Below the pieces are notes generated by a model. The model was not told the DNA's origin. It worked only from the letters and a program-made list of their open reading frames with translations, and ran no database searches. This document shows positions 52,152 through 62,098 of a DNA stretch of 64,000 bases, piece by piece (positions within the stretch are counted from its first letter, which is position 1; each line of letters begins with the position of its first letter). A program made the translations under genes and the position numbers. Where the stretch lies: NCBI GenBank assembly GCA_963813555.1, contig CAWEZX010000003.1, forward strand, positions 7,882 to 71,881. Reading direction: 5' to 3'. The stretch is from an uncultured Alphaproteobacteria bacterium. Its GTDB lineage: Bacteria > Pseudomonadota > Alphaproteobacteria > Rhizobiales > Beijerinckiaceae.

Positions 52152-53093
52152 CGCCAAGCTCGCCAACCATGTCTTCGCGTCCAACCCGTGTCGACATGCG
52201 CGCGATCCAGCGTCGCGCGTCGCCAAGCTCGCGCATTGTTGACCGCCGACGACAATCTCGGCCCATAAACCCAGCAAAGATCGTCGTCGAGTATCCAGGC
52301 TTCGCGACGATCGCGCTCCGAATCTTCTCAAGAGTGTCGCCCACGCCCGCGCCGCCCGCCGCGACCGCCGCGCTCAACGAACCTCACGGACGACCAACGC
52401 CCATAGGTCGCGGCTAACGACCCCGCAGCTTCGTTCAATCCGGCTTCAAATAGGTCCCGCTTCATCACCCGCGGGAGGCTCTTGCGCCGCGGGACCTATT
52501 TGAACCCTCAGGCATTCGCGTCAACCACGGCGCAGTCATAATGAGCTGCAATTTCTGGTATTGTCAGCCGGCCATCCCCAATAACACTTTGGGATCGCGA
52601 TAATGACACGCACTTTACGCTCCTTTGACGCGCCGCGGGTAAATGGCGCGGACGCTCAGTCGGTCCGAGGTTTGGTTTAAACCTCAATCCCCTAATTACC
52701 CGCTCACAACGGCAACTCGGTCCGACTGCGCATGAACCTCGCTTGACTGAAGGGCCTCCTCAAACTGCCGTACGAGAGCAACCAGCAGCCCAGCGACGAC
52801 AAGGATGACGGGGAATACGAGCGTCTCCTCTGGCGTCGGTACGACCGGCTTGTCAGAGCCATTGAGTAACGAGATATACGCGAGGACGGCTTGCCGGTCG
52901 CCAGCCGGAACTCGAACTCACTACGGATGCGCCGGCGCAACTTCTTGGTTTCCGAGCGGCTGAATTTGGACCGGTCTCGTGATGTGCCCGCTCAACGAGG
53001 GCAAGATGCTCGAAGACACGCCCGAGAAGGCGGCGGGGCTGCGCGCTGCGCTGTCGGGAATCCGGCCGATCCTGGAGGATCACGGCCTCAAGG

Positions 53094-53912
53094 GGCGATG
53101 TCAGAGCAAGTTCTCCGGCTGTCCATGGCTGTGTTAGCCTCGGCGCATGAGCAATCCGTTCCGTTATTTCAACAGCTCGCCAGAGGTCATTCGTCTGGTC
53201 GTGATGATGTACGTGCGATACCCGCTGTCCTTGCGCAATGTCGAGGATCTGTTGGCCGAGCGCGGGATCGACATCGGCCACGAGACCGTGCGGTTCTGGT
53301 GGAATCGGTTTGGCCCGATGTTCGCCGCCGAGATTCGTAAGCGACGTGTCGCGCACATGCGCGGCTATCCGCAGTGGCGGTGGCATTTGGATGAGGTTTT
53401 CGTGAAGGTCAACGGCAAGCTCTGTTATCTCTGGCGCGCAGTCGACCATGAAGGCGAGGTCTTGGAGGCTGTGGTCACCGCTAGGCGGGACAAGGCTGCG
53501 GCGCTGAAACTTCTCAAGCGGATCATGAAGAAATACGGGGCTCCTCGCAGCATCGTCACCGATGGGCTTCGGGCATATTCGGCGGCGATGAACGAGATCG
53601 GTGTTGCTGCCGAGCGGCACGAGGTCGGTGGTCGGCTCAACAATCGCGCGGAGAATTCGCATCAGCCGTTTCGGCGACGCGAACGGGCGATGCAGCGCTT
53701 TCGAAGTATGAAGACGCTGGAGAAGTTCAGCTCAGTTCATGCCCAGGTGCACAACCAATTCAATCAGGAGCGCCATCTCGTCACGAGGCAAGTCTACAAG
53801 CAGAGACGCTCTGCTGCCTTGGCCGAGTGGCGCGCCCTCGCGGCATAGATCGCCGCTCCCGAGATGGCGGTCGCGCTACATGTCGACGAGCCTCCGTTAG
53901 TTTGACACCGCC
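53094..53912 (+). mobile_element. IS6-family element (819 bp)
   Basis: Ends GGCGATGTCAGA and (rc) GGCGGTGTCAAA around an IS6 transposase. Confidence 0.85.
53147..53848 (+). CDS. IS6-family transposase
   Basis: YPLSLRNVEDLL.ERGI, WHLDE.FVKVNG..YLWRAVD, TDG, NNRAENSH. Confidence 0.95.
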   Translation: MSNPFRYFNSSPEVIRLVVMMYVRYPLSLRNVEDLLAERGIDIGHETVRFWWNRFGPMFAAEIRKRRVAHMRGYPQWRWHLDEVFVKVNGKLCYLWRAVDHEGEVLEAVVTARRDKAAALKLLKRIMKKYGAPRSIVTDGLRAYSAAMNEIGVAAERHEVGGRLNNRAENSHQPFRRRERAMQRFRSMKTLEKFSSVHAQVHNQFNQERHLVTRQVYKQRRSAALAEWRALAA

Positions 53913-54717
53913 GTCCCGGTTGATCGAAAGATTGACGCCCCGCACCCGCGCTGTCGTCGCAGTGCATCAGTACGGCTTGTGCGCGGATTTGCCGAGGCTC
54001 CGGCGGTCGATTCCGCCGGGCGTCGCGTTGGTCGAGGATTGCGCTCAGGCCCTTGGCGCAACGCTGGACGGCCGTCCCGTGGGATATTTCGGCGACGTCG
54101 CGGTGTTTTCTTTCTGTCAGGGCAAGATCATCTCCGGCGGCCAGGGCGGCATGATCAGTTGCGACGATTCCGCCGTCTCCGCAGCCGCCCGCCGCTATAT
54201 CCAACTTGGTTGCGACAAGCCGCCCTTTGCGTCGGAACTCGGACATAACTTTGTGATGCCGCCGCTGGCCGCCCTGGTCATCGACCTGCAGGTCCAGGCG
54301 CTGAATCGGATCACGGCGGCCCGGGCGGCGCGCGCAGCGCATTATCGCGAGCGCCTGTCGGCGAGAGCCTTCAGGCCCATCGCCAGTCTGGCTGAAAAAG
54401 CTGTCTCCACCTACCATCGTCAGGTCCTGCTGCCACCGCTCGACGGCGAACCTTATCGCCGATGGCTCGAAGCCCTGATCGACGTTGGCGCGCGCATGCA
54501 GGGCGCGCATCCGGCGCCGCTCTATCGCGCGCCTTTTCTGCGCCAGCCCTATCAAGACGCCGGGTGGAGCTATCTGCTCGAAGATCCCACGGCGGCTTTC
54601 CCCTTCAGCACGCAAGTCGATCCGCGCCTGATCTTTCTCTACGTTGGACCCGACATGACCCTCCGACGAATTGATGAAATCTGCGATCTCATGATTCAAC
54701 ATTTGCCGGCGACGTGA
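53913..54717 (+). pseudogene. DegT-family aminotransferase, 5'-truncated by IS6
   Basis: TPRTRAVVAVHQYG, VEDCAQALG, FSFCQGKIISGGQGG. Confidence 0.88.
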
Positions 54718-55229
54718 TGAAGCCCTTGCTGCTCAGCTTGGGCGGTCCGAAGAGCGGGGCGGCGGCGCTGCTGCGCCATGCCGCCGCGGAGGTCCGCACT
54801 TATTCGGATTGGCGCACGAAACATATGCTCGGCGACATCTTCGAGATCGATGAGAACCCGCAAGCCGCCGCGCGCGTCGTCGCCTACGCCGACCGGCGTC
54901 TGCTGGCGCTGGCGGATCGCGCCTTGGCGCCGCCGGGCGTTCTTTTCACGCGCGCGGGCCTATCCCGGCCCCCGGGGGCACCGGAGGACGGGGTCTGCGT
55001 CGATCTCGCCATTCTCGATCCCTTTTATGCTCCAGGCAGCGGCGCCGAGGGACCCGGCGGATGGCCGACGCGCCGATTGGTCGCTACTCTCGCCGCCGTT
55101 CTCGCCGACCGGGAGCGAGCGGTGCGGCGGGTCTTTATTTGCGGCTATGTTCAATCGGGCGATCGTAACGGCGTCGCGCTCGCGGCGGCGACGGCGGTCA
55201 TTCAGACAGTCGCGGAGATCTGGCGATGA
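54714..55229 (+). CDS. Short degenerate ureohydrolase-like protein
   Basis: CVDLAILDPFYAPGSG.EGPGGW resembles arginase-family C-terminal motif with DxD lost; coupled to both neighbours. Confidence 0.55.
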   Translation: MMKPLLLSLGGPKSGAAALLRHAAAEVRTYSDWRTKHMLGDIFEIDENPQAAARVVAYADRRLLALADRALAPPGVLFTRAGLSRPPGAPEDGVCVDLAILDPFYAPGSGAEGPGGWPTRRLVATLAAVLADRERAVRRVFICGYVQSGDRNGVALAAATAVIQTVAEIWR

Positions 55230-57067
55230 CAGCGATCCCTCTGTTGGGAGCGCCATTCGACGGCGGCGCCGCGGTCGGCGGACCGCGCGAGGCTTTTTCC
55301 GCCATTGTCGACTATCTTCGCCGCAGCCGTCCAGACGCGCTTGAGAGCTTCAGCGAGGTGCGGTCCCTGGACTTCGACAACTGGAGTTTCCTCGATCGTC
55401 GGAGGCTCCAGCGGGCGGCCGCCGCGCTCGGTGCCGGAGCGCAGCGTCCAATGGTGATTGGCGGTTGTCACGCGGTCTCCTATTATTTGGTCGAAGCGTT
55501 TCGGCGACGCCACCCGGACCTTGTCCTCTTGCAGTTCGACGCCCATAGCGACGCCAGCCGAACACGCGGCGCTTTCGTCTCGCATGGAAACTTCGTACGC
55601 CAGTTGCACAAGACCGGGCCTCTGTCGCTCTTGTCCGTCGGCGTGCGCGGAGACGCGGAAAAGCTCAGCGATCTCGACTGCGACCTCCTGTCGCCGATCG
55701 ACGCGATCGATGGCGTGAAATGGCTCGCCTCGCACGCGGCGCTGGAGCGCCAACCCCTCTACGTGACCATTGACGTCGATGTGCTTGACCCCGCCCACTG
55801 TCCCGGAGTGAATTTTCCTCTCGGCGGCGGCGTCGAGCCCGTGGAGCTCATCTCGATGCTCGCGTGGCTGCTCGAACGTGACGTTGTCGCGGTCGATCTC
55901 GTCGAATATGCGCCGCGCGCCGATCCCGGCCAGACTGCGCTGCCGATATTGGCCGAAATCGTAGCAATGACGGGCGCGGCGCTCGCCGCCAAACCGCTGC
56001 GCCGAGCGGCCGCGTCGCCCAAGCCGGAAAGCCGCGCGAGGCCCGATGGCGTCGGGTTGCTACGCATGGCCTACCCCGGCAACGAGCCCTGTGACCTGCT
56101 ATCGAGGTACGGCCTGTCGCCGCTCGCCCCGGACGACCCGCTTGGCCGCTCGCGGCATCGCACGCTTTTTGCGACCAGTGAAAAGCCCTCTCGTTTTGAC
56201 GACGACTTCGTCGTCGTCGGCGGACCGTGCCTTCATGCGAGCGGCGTAGACCCCGCGCGCTTGACGCTGCGCGAGCTCCACGCTTGCATAGCGCCGTTGG
56301 CGATCGCAGCCGACTTGCGGCTGCCTTGTCTGATCTATCTCGAAAATCAGGAAGGGTTACTGGACGATTCGGCGGGCGTAGGGGAGCGCGATCCCGCCGT
56401 TTGGGTTTTGCGCGCCTTCATACTCGACGTCGCCGAGCAACTCGGGCTTTCCTCCGCCGATATCGAGATCGCGGTTCTGTCTGCGCCATGGGTCCGGCAA
56501 GCGCTGATCGGTTGGGTCGGGGCGAGGAGTTCGTTGCCCAGCAGCGACCTCCTGGGGCTCTATTCGGTTGACGACCGCAGCCGTTATCCCTTGAGCGAGC
56601 CACGGGCGGAGACGATCTGCGGCGAATACGGCCTCTCCCTGGCGAGCTATCAGCCGGAGGTCGTGGCGGCGCTCGCCGATCGACCTTGCAGGCGCGTTCT
56701 CGCCGTCGAGGATTTCGATCAGGCCAAGGCGATTTACACGGCGCGCAATTGGCGCAGGAGGCTTGGCGGAGATCTCGCGGAGATCGTCCACGCCGCGCAT
56801 CCGTCCGCGCCAAATCGACGAGGAAAGCCGATGCAGCGCGGGCGCGGCTCAGACCGTCTCTACGCGGCCGCTATGGGCCCGACGTTGCGAGCGCTAACGT
56901 CCGCGCCGCCCGAGGTCGAGGGATTCTATGCGTCGGCGTGGCCTATCGGCGACACCAGGGACGCGATCGGCGCGACGGCCTACGTGCTCTCCAGGTTTGA
57001 AGACGCTTTACGTCTGCACGCGTTCGCGCCTTCAGCCGAAGCGGTCGGCGCCCCGATGACGTCGTGA
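55226..57067 (+). CDS. Ureohydrolase (agmatinase/arginase family) fused to a C-terminal domain resembling a class I aaRS fold
   Basis: GGCH, DAHSD, SHG, DVDVLDP, VEYAP; C-terminal VEDFDQ and PNRRGKPMQRG. Confidence 0.75.
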   Translation: MTAIPLLGAPFDGGAAVGGPREAFSAIVDYLRRSRPDALESFSEVRSLDFDNWSFLDRRRLQRAAAALGAGAQRPMVIGGCHAVSYYLVEAFRRRHPDLVLLQFDAHSDASRTRGAFVSHGNFVRQLHKTGPLSLLSVGVRGDAEKLSDLDCDLLSPIDAIDGVKWLASHAALERQPLYVTIDVDVLDPAHCPGVNFPLGGGVEPVELISMLAWLLERDVVAVDLVEYAPRADPGQTALPILAEIVAMTGAALAAKPLRRAAASPKPESRARPDGVGLLRMAYPGNEPCDLLSRYGLSPLAPDDPLGRSRHRTLFATSEKPSRFDDDFVVVGGPCLHASGVDPARLTLRELHACIAPLAIAADLRLPCLIYLENQEGLLDDSAGVGERDPAVWVLRAFILDVAEQLGLSSADIEIAVLSAPWVRQALIGWVGARSSLPSSDLLGLYSVDDRSRYPLSEPRAETICGEYGLSLASYQPEVVAALADRPCRRVLAVEDFDQAKAIYTARNWRRRLGGDLAEIVHAAHPSAPNRRGKPMQRGRGSDRLYAAAMGPTLRALTSAPPEVEGFYASAWPIGDTRDAIGATAYVLSRFEDALRLHAFAPSAEAVGAPMTS

Positions 57068-57102
57068 TCACCTGGAACGATTTAGACCCGCGCCGTGAGG
57101 AG

Positions 57103-57121
57103 GGCATTGTCAGACCAAAGT
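57103..57121 (+). repeat. Orphan IS6-like terminal IR
   Basis: GGCATTGTCAGACCAAAGT versus IS6 left end GGCGATGTCAGAGCAAGTT. Confidence 0.5.
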
Positions 57122-57302
57122 CAGGTCGTCTGTGTGTCACGTAGCTTGCCCAGACCCAAGGGGTCGTCAGGCCATGAGTGCAAGGACTTGAACTGTCCGG
57201 TGGCCCGTCGCGCCAAGATAAGGTCGATGTGCTTCTGATGATGTGGACGGCTCTCCCCCCTCCCGCGGCATGATCTGCGGGTGAGTCGGAAGGAGAGCGA
57301 GG

Positions 57303-58349
57303 ATGAAGCAGGTTACGACGATTGGATTGGATATCGCGAAGTCCGTTTTTCTAGTGCATGGCGTAGACGCGGCGGGGCACGTGGTTCTGCGACAGAAGTT
57401 GTCCCGAGGCAGGATGCTGGAGTTCTTTGCCAAACTGCCGAGATGCCTGGTTGGCATCGAGGCGTGCGCCTCGTCCCATTACTGGGCCCGCGAGCTGATC
57501 ACGCAAGGCCATGAGGTGAAGCTGATGCCGGCGCAACACGTGAAGCCCTACGTCAAGCGCGGCAAGAACGACGCGGCAGATGCGGAGGCGATCTGCGAAG
57601 CGGTGACGAGGCCAACCATGCGCTTCGTGGGCGTGAAGACCGTGGAGCAGCAGAGTATCATGATGCTGCATCGGGTTCGGTTGATCCTGATGCGCCAGCG
57701 CACTCAGCTCTCCAATGCCTTGCGTTCCCACTTGGCTGAGTTCGGCATTGTTTCACCCATCGGCCGCGAAGGTCTCGACCGGCTGCTGACGATCGTGGCC
57801 GACACGGATGATGGGCGGGTGCCTGCTGAGGCTCGTACGTCGCTGGCAATGCTGGCGGTGCAGTTGGAGGGAGTGAAGGCACAAATCCTTGAGAACGATC
57901 GGCGGATCATCGCCAGCGCACGGTCAACGGAAGTTGGGCGCCGTCTGCTGGAAGTGCCCGGCGTCGGCCCGGTTCTGGCCAGCGCTTTTGTGGCCAGCGT
58001 CGCAGATCCAGCGATCTTCAAATCGGGGCGCGACCTCTCGGCCTGGATCGGACTTGTACCGCGGCAGAACTCGAGCGGCGGAAAAGAGCGCCTTGGCGGC
58101 ATCACCAAAGCCGGCAACCGCTATTTGCGGCAGATGCTGATGGTCGGCGCCATGGCGGTGATCCGCTACGCCCAGCGCAACAGTGCCCGCCGGCCTTGGC
58201 TCGTCGAGCTCATGGTTCGCCGCCCAACAAAGGTCGCGGCTATCGCGCTCGCCAACAAGACAGCCCGAACGGTGTGGGTGCTTATGGTCAGCGGCGAACG
58301 CTATCGAGATCCGCAGCCAATGCGGACGGCCGTGTCAACTACGGCATAG
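57303..58349 (+). CDS. IS110-family transposase (element apparently 3'-truncated)
   Basis: IGLDIAK, IEAC.SSHYW, KND.ADA, VPGVGP, FKSGRDLSAWIGLVP.Q.SSGG. Confidence 0.93.
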   Translation: MKQVTTIGLDIAKSVFLVHGVDAAGHVVLRQKLSRGRMLEFFAKLPRCLVGIEACASSHYWARELITQGHEVKLMPAQHVKPYVKRGKNDAADAEAICEAVTRPTMRFVGVKTVEQQSIMMLHRVRLILMRQRTQLSNALRSHLAEFGIVSPIGREGLDRLLTIVADTDDGRVPAEARTSLAMLAVQLEGVKAQILENDRRIIASARSTEVGRRLLEVPGVGPVLASAFVASVADPAIFKSGRDLSAWIGLVPRQNSSGGKERLGGITKAGNRYLRQMLMVGAMAVIRYAQRNSARRPWLVELMVRRPTKVAAIALANKTARTVWVLMVSGERYRDPQPMRTAVSTTA

Positions 58350-58362
58350 AGACAAAGCGCGG

Positions 58363-58825
58363 AGAGCGATCTGTTGCGGAAACTGTTTGAGACCATAGTT
58401 GCGCGTTGCATCAAGGAACGGATCGTGGGAGGCGAAGCTTTCGCGGTCGACGCCAGCATCGTCGTGGCCGACGCTCATCGCCGTCGAGGCGTCGCCAAAG
58501 TCGAAGACCTCGATCCGACGTCCAATCGGGCAGTCATGGAATATCTGTCGGTGCTGGACGACGCGGCCTTCGGTGGCGCGACGTCGGTCGAGCCGAAGAC
58601 GATTTCACCGACCGATCCGGCCGCCCGCTACACCGCTTCGGCCAACGCCGTTGCCGGTTATGCTTATTCTGACAATTGCCTTATCGATCTCAAGCACGCG
58701 GTGATCATGGACGTCGAGGCGACGACGGCCATTCGTCAGGCTGAAGTCGGCGCCGCCAAGACGATGCTCGACCGCACGGCTGAACAGTTCGACCTGACCC
58801 CGTTGCGCCTGGTCGAACGTCCGGT
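58363..58825 (+). pseudogene. IS1182-family transposase internal fragment
   Basis: ESDLLRKLFE.IV.RC, FAVDAS.VVADA, SPTDPAARYT. Confidence 0.8.
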
Positions 58826-58930
58826 GGCTTCCGTCGGCTGATCCAGATTGTCTTCGGTCTGTCGATCGCCTTCGCCGCGTCGAGCTTCTTCCTGTCCTTC
58901 TTCAGCTTCTCCGGCGGGGCTCTCGTTTGA
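58826..58930 (+). pseudogene. trbC: TrbC/VirB2 pilin C-terminal fragment
   Basis: GFRRLIQIVFGLSIAFAASSFFLSFFSFSGGALV*. Confidence 0.8.
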
Positions 58931-59205
58931 TGCAGGCGATCTTCGATCCGGACGTTCCCGGCTTCTTCGCCCCCGTCCACCGGGCTCTCACTGACCCGAT
59001 CCTGATGGGTGGCGCGCCGAGGACGGTAGCGATCGCCAACGGCACGTTGGCCGCCGCCATCGCGCTGGGGCTTTGGCTGTGGATTCCGGGCGCGCTGATG
59101 TGGGCCGTCGGACATGCCGCCGCTGTTTGGGCGGCTAAGCGCGACCCACAGTTCGTCGACGTCGTGCGCCGGCACCTTCGGTATCCAGCCCATCTCGGCG
59201 TGTGA
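58930..59205 (+). CDS. trbD: TrbD/VirB3
   Basis: PVHRALTDPILMGGAPR, AKRDPQF. Confidence 0.88.
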   Translation: MQAIFDPDVPGFFAPVHRALTDPILMGGAPRTVAIANGTLAAAIALGLWLWIPGALMWAVGHAAAVWAAKRDPQFVDVVRRHLRYPAHLGV

Positions 59206-59211
59206 CCCTTC

Positions 59212-60915
59212 ATGCTGAACCTCGCTGAATACCGCAACCGGCCCGCCAGCCTCGCAGACTTCCTGCCCTGGGCCGCGTTGGTCGAGAAAGGCGTCATCCT
59301 CAACAAAGACGGTTCGTTCCAACGCTCCGCCCGCTTTCGTGGTCCGGACCTCGATAGCGCGACGCCTGCGGAACTGGTCGGCGTGACGGCCCAACTCAAC
59401 AATGCGCTGCGTCGTCTCGGCTCCGGCTGGGCGATCTTCGTCGAGGCGCAGCAAGTCGCCGCCCATACCTATCCGCACAGCACATTCCCCGATGTCGCCT
59501 CGGCGCTTGTCGATCTCGAACGGCAGGACGCCTCGAAGAGGTAGGCCCGCATTTCGAGAGCCGCTATTTCCTGACCTTCGTCTGGCTACCACCCGCCGAA
59601 GACGCCTCACGCATTGAAGGCTGGCTCTACGAGGGCCGTTCACAAAGCGGCGTCGACCCCTGGGAATTGGTGCGCGGCTTTATCGATCGCACCAACCGCG
59701 TCCTGCAACTGGTCGAGGGCTTCATGCCCGAGGTGGCCTGGCTCGACGACAGCTGGACGCTGACCTACCTGCATTCGACCATCTCGAACTCGCCAGCAGC
59801 GAGTGCGCGTCCCCGAGACGCCGATGCACCTGGACGCGCTGCTCGCCGACGAGCCGCTCGCCGGCGGCCTCGAGCCGCGGCTCGGCTCTCAGCACCTGCG
59901 CACACTCACCGTCGTCGGCTTCCCGACCGCAACCCACCCCGGCATTCTCGACGAGCTCAACCGGCTGGCCTTCCCCTACCGCTGGTCGACCCGCGCGATC
60001 CTGCTCGACAAGACCGAGGCAGTGAAGCTGCCGACCAAGATCCGGCGGCAATGGTTCGCCAAGCGGAAGAGCATCGCCGCGATCGTCAAGGAGGTGATGA
60101 CCAACGAGGCGTCGACCCTCGTTGACTCCGACGCCGCCAACAAGGCGGCCGACGCGGACCTCGCCTCGCAAGAGCTGGGCTCTGACGACGTCGGCCAGGC
60201 CTACGTGACGGCAACCGTCACCGTCTGGGATGAGGACGCTGCTCGGGCAACCGAAAAGCTGCGCCTTGTCGAAAAGGTGGTCCAGGGACGCGACTTCACC
60301 TGCATGCCGGAAGGGGTGAATGCGCTCGAGGCCTGGCTCAGCGCCATCCCAGGACATTCTTACGCGAATGTCCGTCAGCCGCCGCTCTCGACGCTGAACC
60401 TGGCGCACATGATTCCACTTTCGGCGGTGTGGGCCGGGCCGGCAAGCGACGAGCATTTTCGGCAGCCGCCGCTCTTCCTCGGCAAACCCGAAGGTTCGAC
60501 GCCGTTCCGGCTCTCGCTCCATGTCGGCGATGTGGGCCACACTTTGATCGTTGGACCGACCGGCGCCGGCAAGTCCGTGCTGCTCTCGCTGATGGCGATG
60601 CAGTTCCGACGCTATCAGGGCACCCAGATCTTCGCCTTCGACTTCGGCGGCTCGATCCGCACGGCGGCGCTCGCTTGCGGGGGCGACTGGCACGATCTCG
60701 GCGGCAACCTCTCGAACAGCGCCGAGGACTCCGTTTCGCTCCAGCCACTGGCGCGCATCGACGAGCCAGCTGAGCGCGCCTGGGCCGCCGAATGGATGAC
60801 GGCGATTCTTGCCAAGGAAGGCGTCACGATCGATCCGACCGCCAAGGAACATGTCTGGTCGGCGTTGACCCCGCTTGCGTCGTCGCCCGTGCAGGAACGG
60901 ACGATCACCGGGTTC
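59212..60915 (+). pseudogene. trbE: TrbE/VirB4 ATPase, frameshifted and truncated
   Basis: LNKDGSFQR..RFRGPDLDS, GHTLIVGPTGAGKS; split over several frames; ends at RTITG. Confidence 0.88.
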
Positions 60916-61110
60916 GCCCCAAATCGCCTGCCCTGTCACCGACGGTTGAGATCGCGTGGTCGTTGAGCCCAACACGTCCCCGGACGACGACCGCGAACCT
61001 GGCTTTGGCCAACAAATGTTATAGGCGCATTTTTGCCCAGACGCTTTCATGGCTCATCCGCAGGTACAGTTTGATTATCTCTCTCGTAACTGACTGCTCC
61101 AGTGCGCACA

Positions 61111-61270
61111 AAAAGACTGGCGTTTCCTTCGAAACGGAGCGTGTATGTGCACGTCCGCGGGGTCGCGAATGACTAGCGGACACCCCTTCGCCCCGTCGAT
61201 CGCATCGATCCGGGGCTCGTCCTGGTGAGGGGCCGGATTGGCCGTGCTCCCAGAGACGAAGGGTCAGACC
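61111..61270 (+). promoter_or_regulatory. Conserved leader upstream of DUF3489, copy 2
   Basis: Same GACTGGC-N6-TTCGAAA-N-GGAGCGTGT motif and hairpin 61190-61216. Confidence 0.6.
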
Positions 61271-62098
61271 ATGTCCATCAAACTCAGCGACACGCAGCTC
61301 GTCATGCTCAGCGCCGCCGCGCAGCGCGAAGATCGCTGCATCGCCGCTCCGCCGAGTCTGAAGGGCGCCGCAGCCCAGAAGATCGCGACGAAGCTGGTCG
61401 CCGCGGGATTGGCTAAGGAGATCAGAGCAAAGCGGGGCGCCCACGTTTGGCGGCGCGACGATGCGACCGGGCTCACTTACGCGCTGAAGGTTACTCCTGC
61501 AGGGCTGATGGCGATCGCGATCGAAGACGCAGAAGCCGCCGAGCCCGCCGTCCAGATCTCGCCGCCTGCTACCGGCGAGGTCCCGACGAACATCGCGGAT
61601 CATGAAGCGGCGGCGGAGAACGTTGCGGGGTCAGCAACGATTGCGATGCCGCGCGAAGGCGCGAAACTCGCTGCGGTCGTGGACCTGCTCCGACACGAGG
61701 GCGGAGCTACGATCGACCAGCGGGCCGATCCTTCACCCGCCGGAGCGATCCAAAGCCCATCCCCGAGCCGGTCTCCCCCGCGGAGCGGCACAAAGCTGGC
61801 GCAGGTCACCAAACTGCTTCAGCGGGACGATGGCGCGACAATCGACGAGTTGATCGCCACAACTGGCTGGCTTGCGCACACGACGCGGGCAGCGCTGACT
61901 GGCCTGCGCAAGCGGGGCTACGCGGTAACGATCGATCGGTCCCACAAGGAACGAGGATCGATTTACCGCATCAATGCGGATCGCATCGACGAAGACAGGC
62001 CGGCGGTTGTTCACTCCGAGGAAGCGCAGGCGTCCTCCGTGACGGTCTCGATGAGGGCTGAGCGCCAAGCGAAGTCCAAGGCGCGTCGCGCGGCGTGA
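61271..62098 (+). CDS. DUF3489 family protein with partially duplicated HTH segment
   Basis: MSIKLSDTQL; PREGAKLAAVVDLL..EGGATIDQ followed by PRSGTKLAQVTKLL..DDGATIDEL..TGWLAHTTRAALTGLRKRG. Confidence 0.85.
   Translation: MSIKLSDTQLVMLSAAAQREDRCIAAPPSLKGAAAQKIATKLVAAGLAKEIRAKRGAHVWRRDDATGLTYALKVTPAGLMAIAIEDAEAAEPAVQISPPATGEVPTNIADHEAAAENVAGSATIAMPREGAKLAAVVDLLRHEGGATIDQRADPSPAGAIQSPSPSRSPPRSGTKLAQVTKLLQRDDGATIDELIATTGWLAHTTRAALTGLRKRGYAVTIDRSHKERGSIYRINADRIDEDRPAVVHSEEAQASSVTVSMRAERQAKSKARRAA

Larger units (their letters stand above)
49985..52510 (+). mobile_element. Tyr-recombinase + Y2-HUH (IS91-like) element 2, apparently complete
   Basis: ATTGAACGAACCTGC (49985-49999) inverted to GCAGCTTCGTTCAAT (52425-52439); perfect 16-bp hairpin arms 52445-52460 / 52489-52504. 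Confidence 0.8.

Noticed and set aside
52975-53093. Sugar-phosphate isomerase-like scrap (VMCPLNEG...LEDHGLK) before IS6
   Set aside because: About 40 aa only; too short to assign
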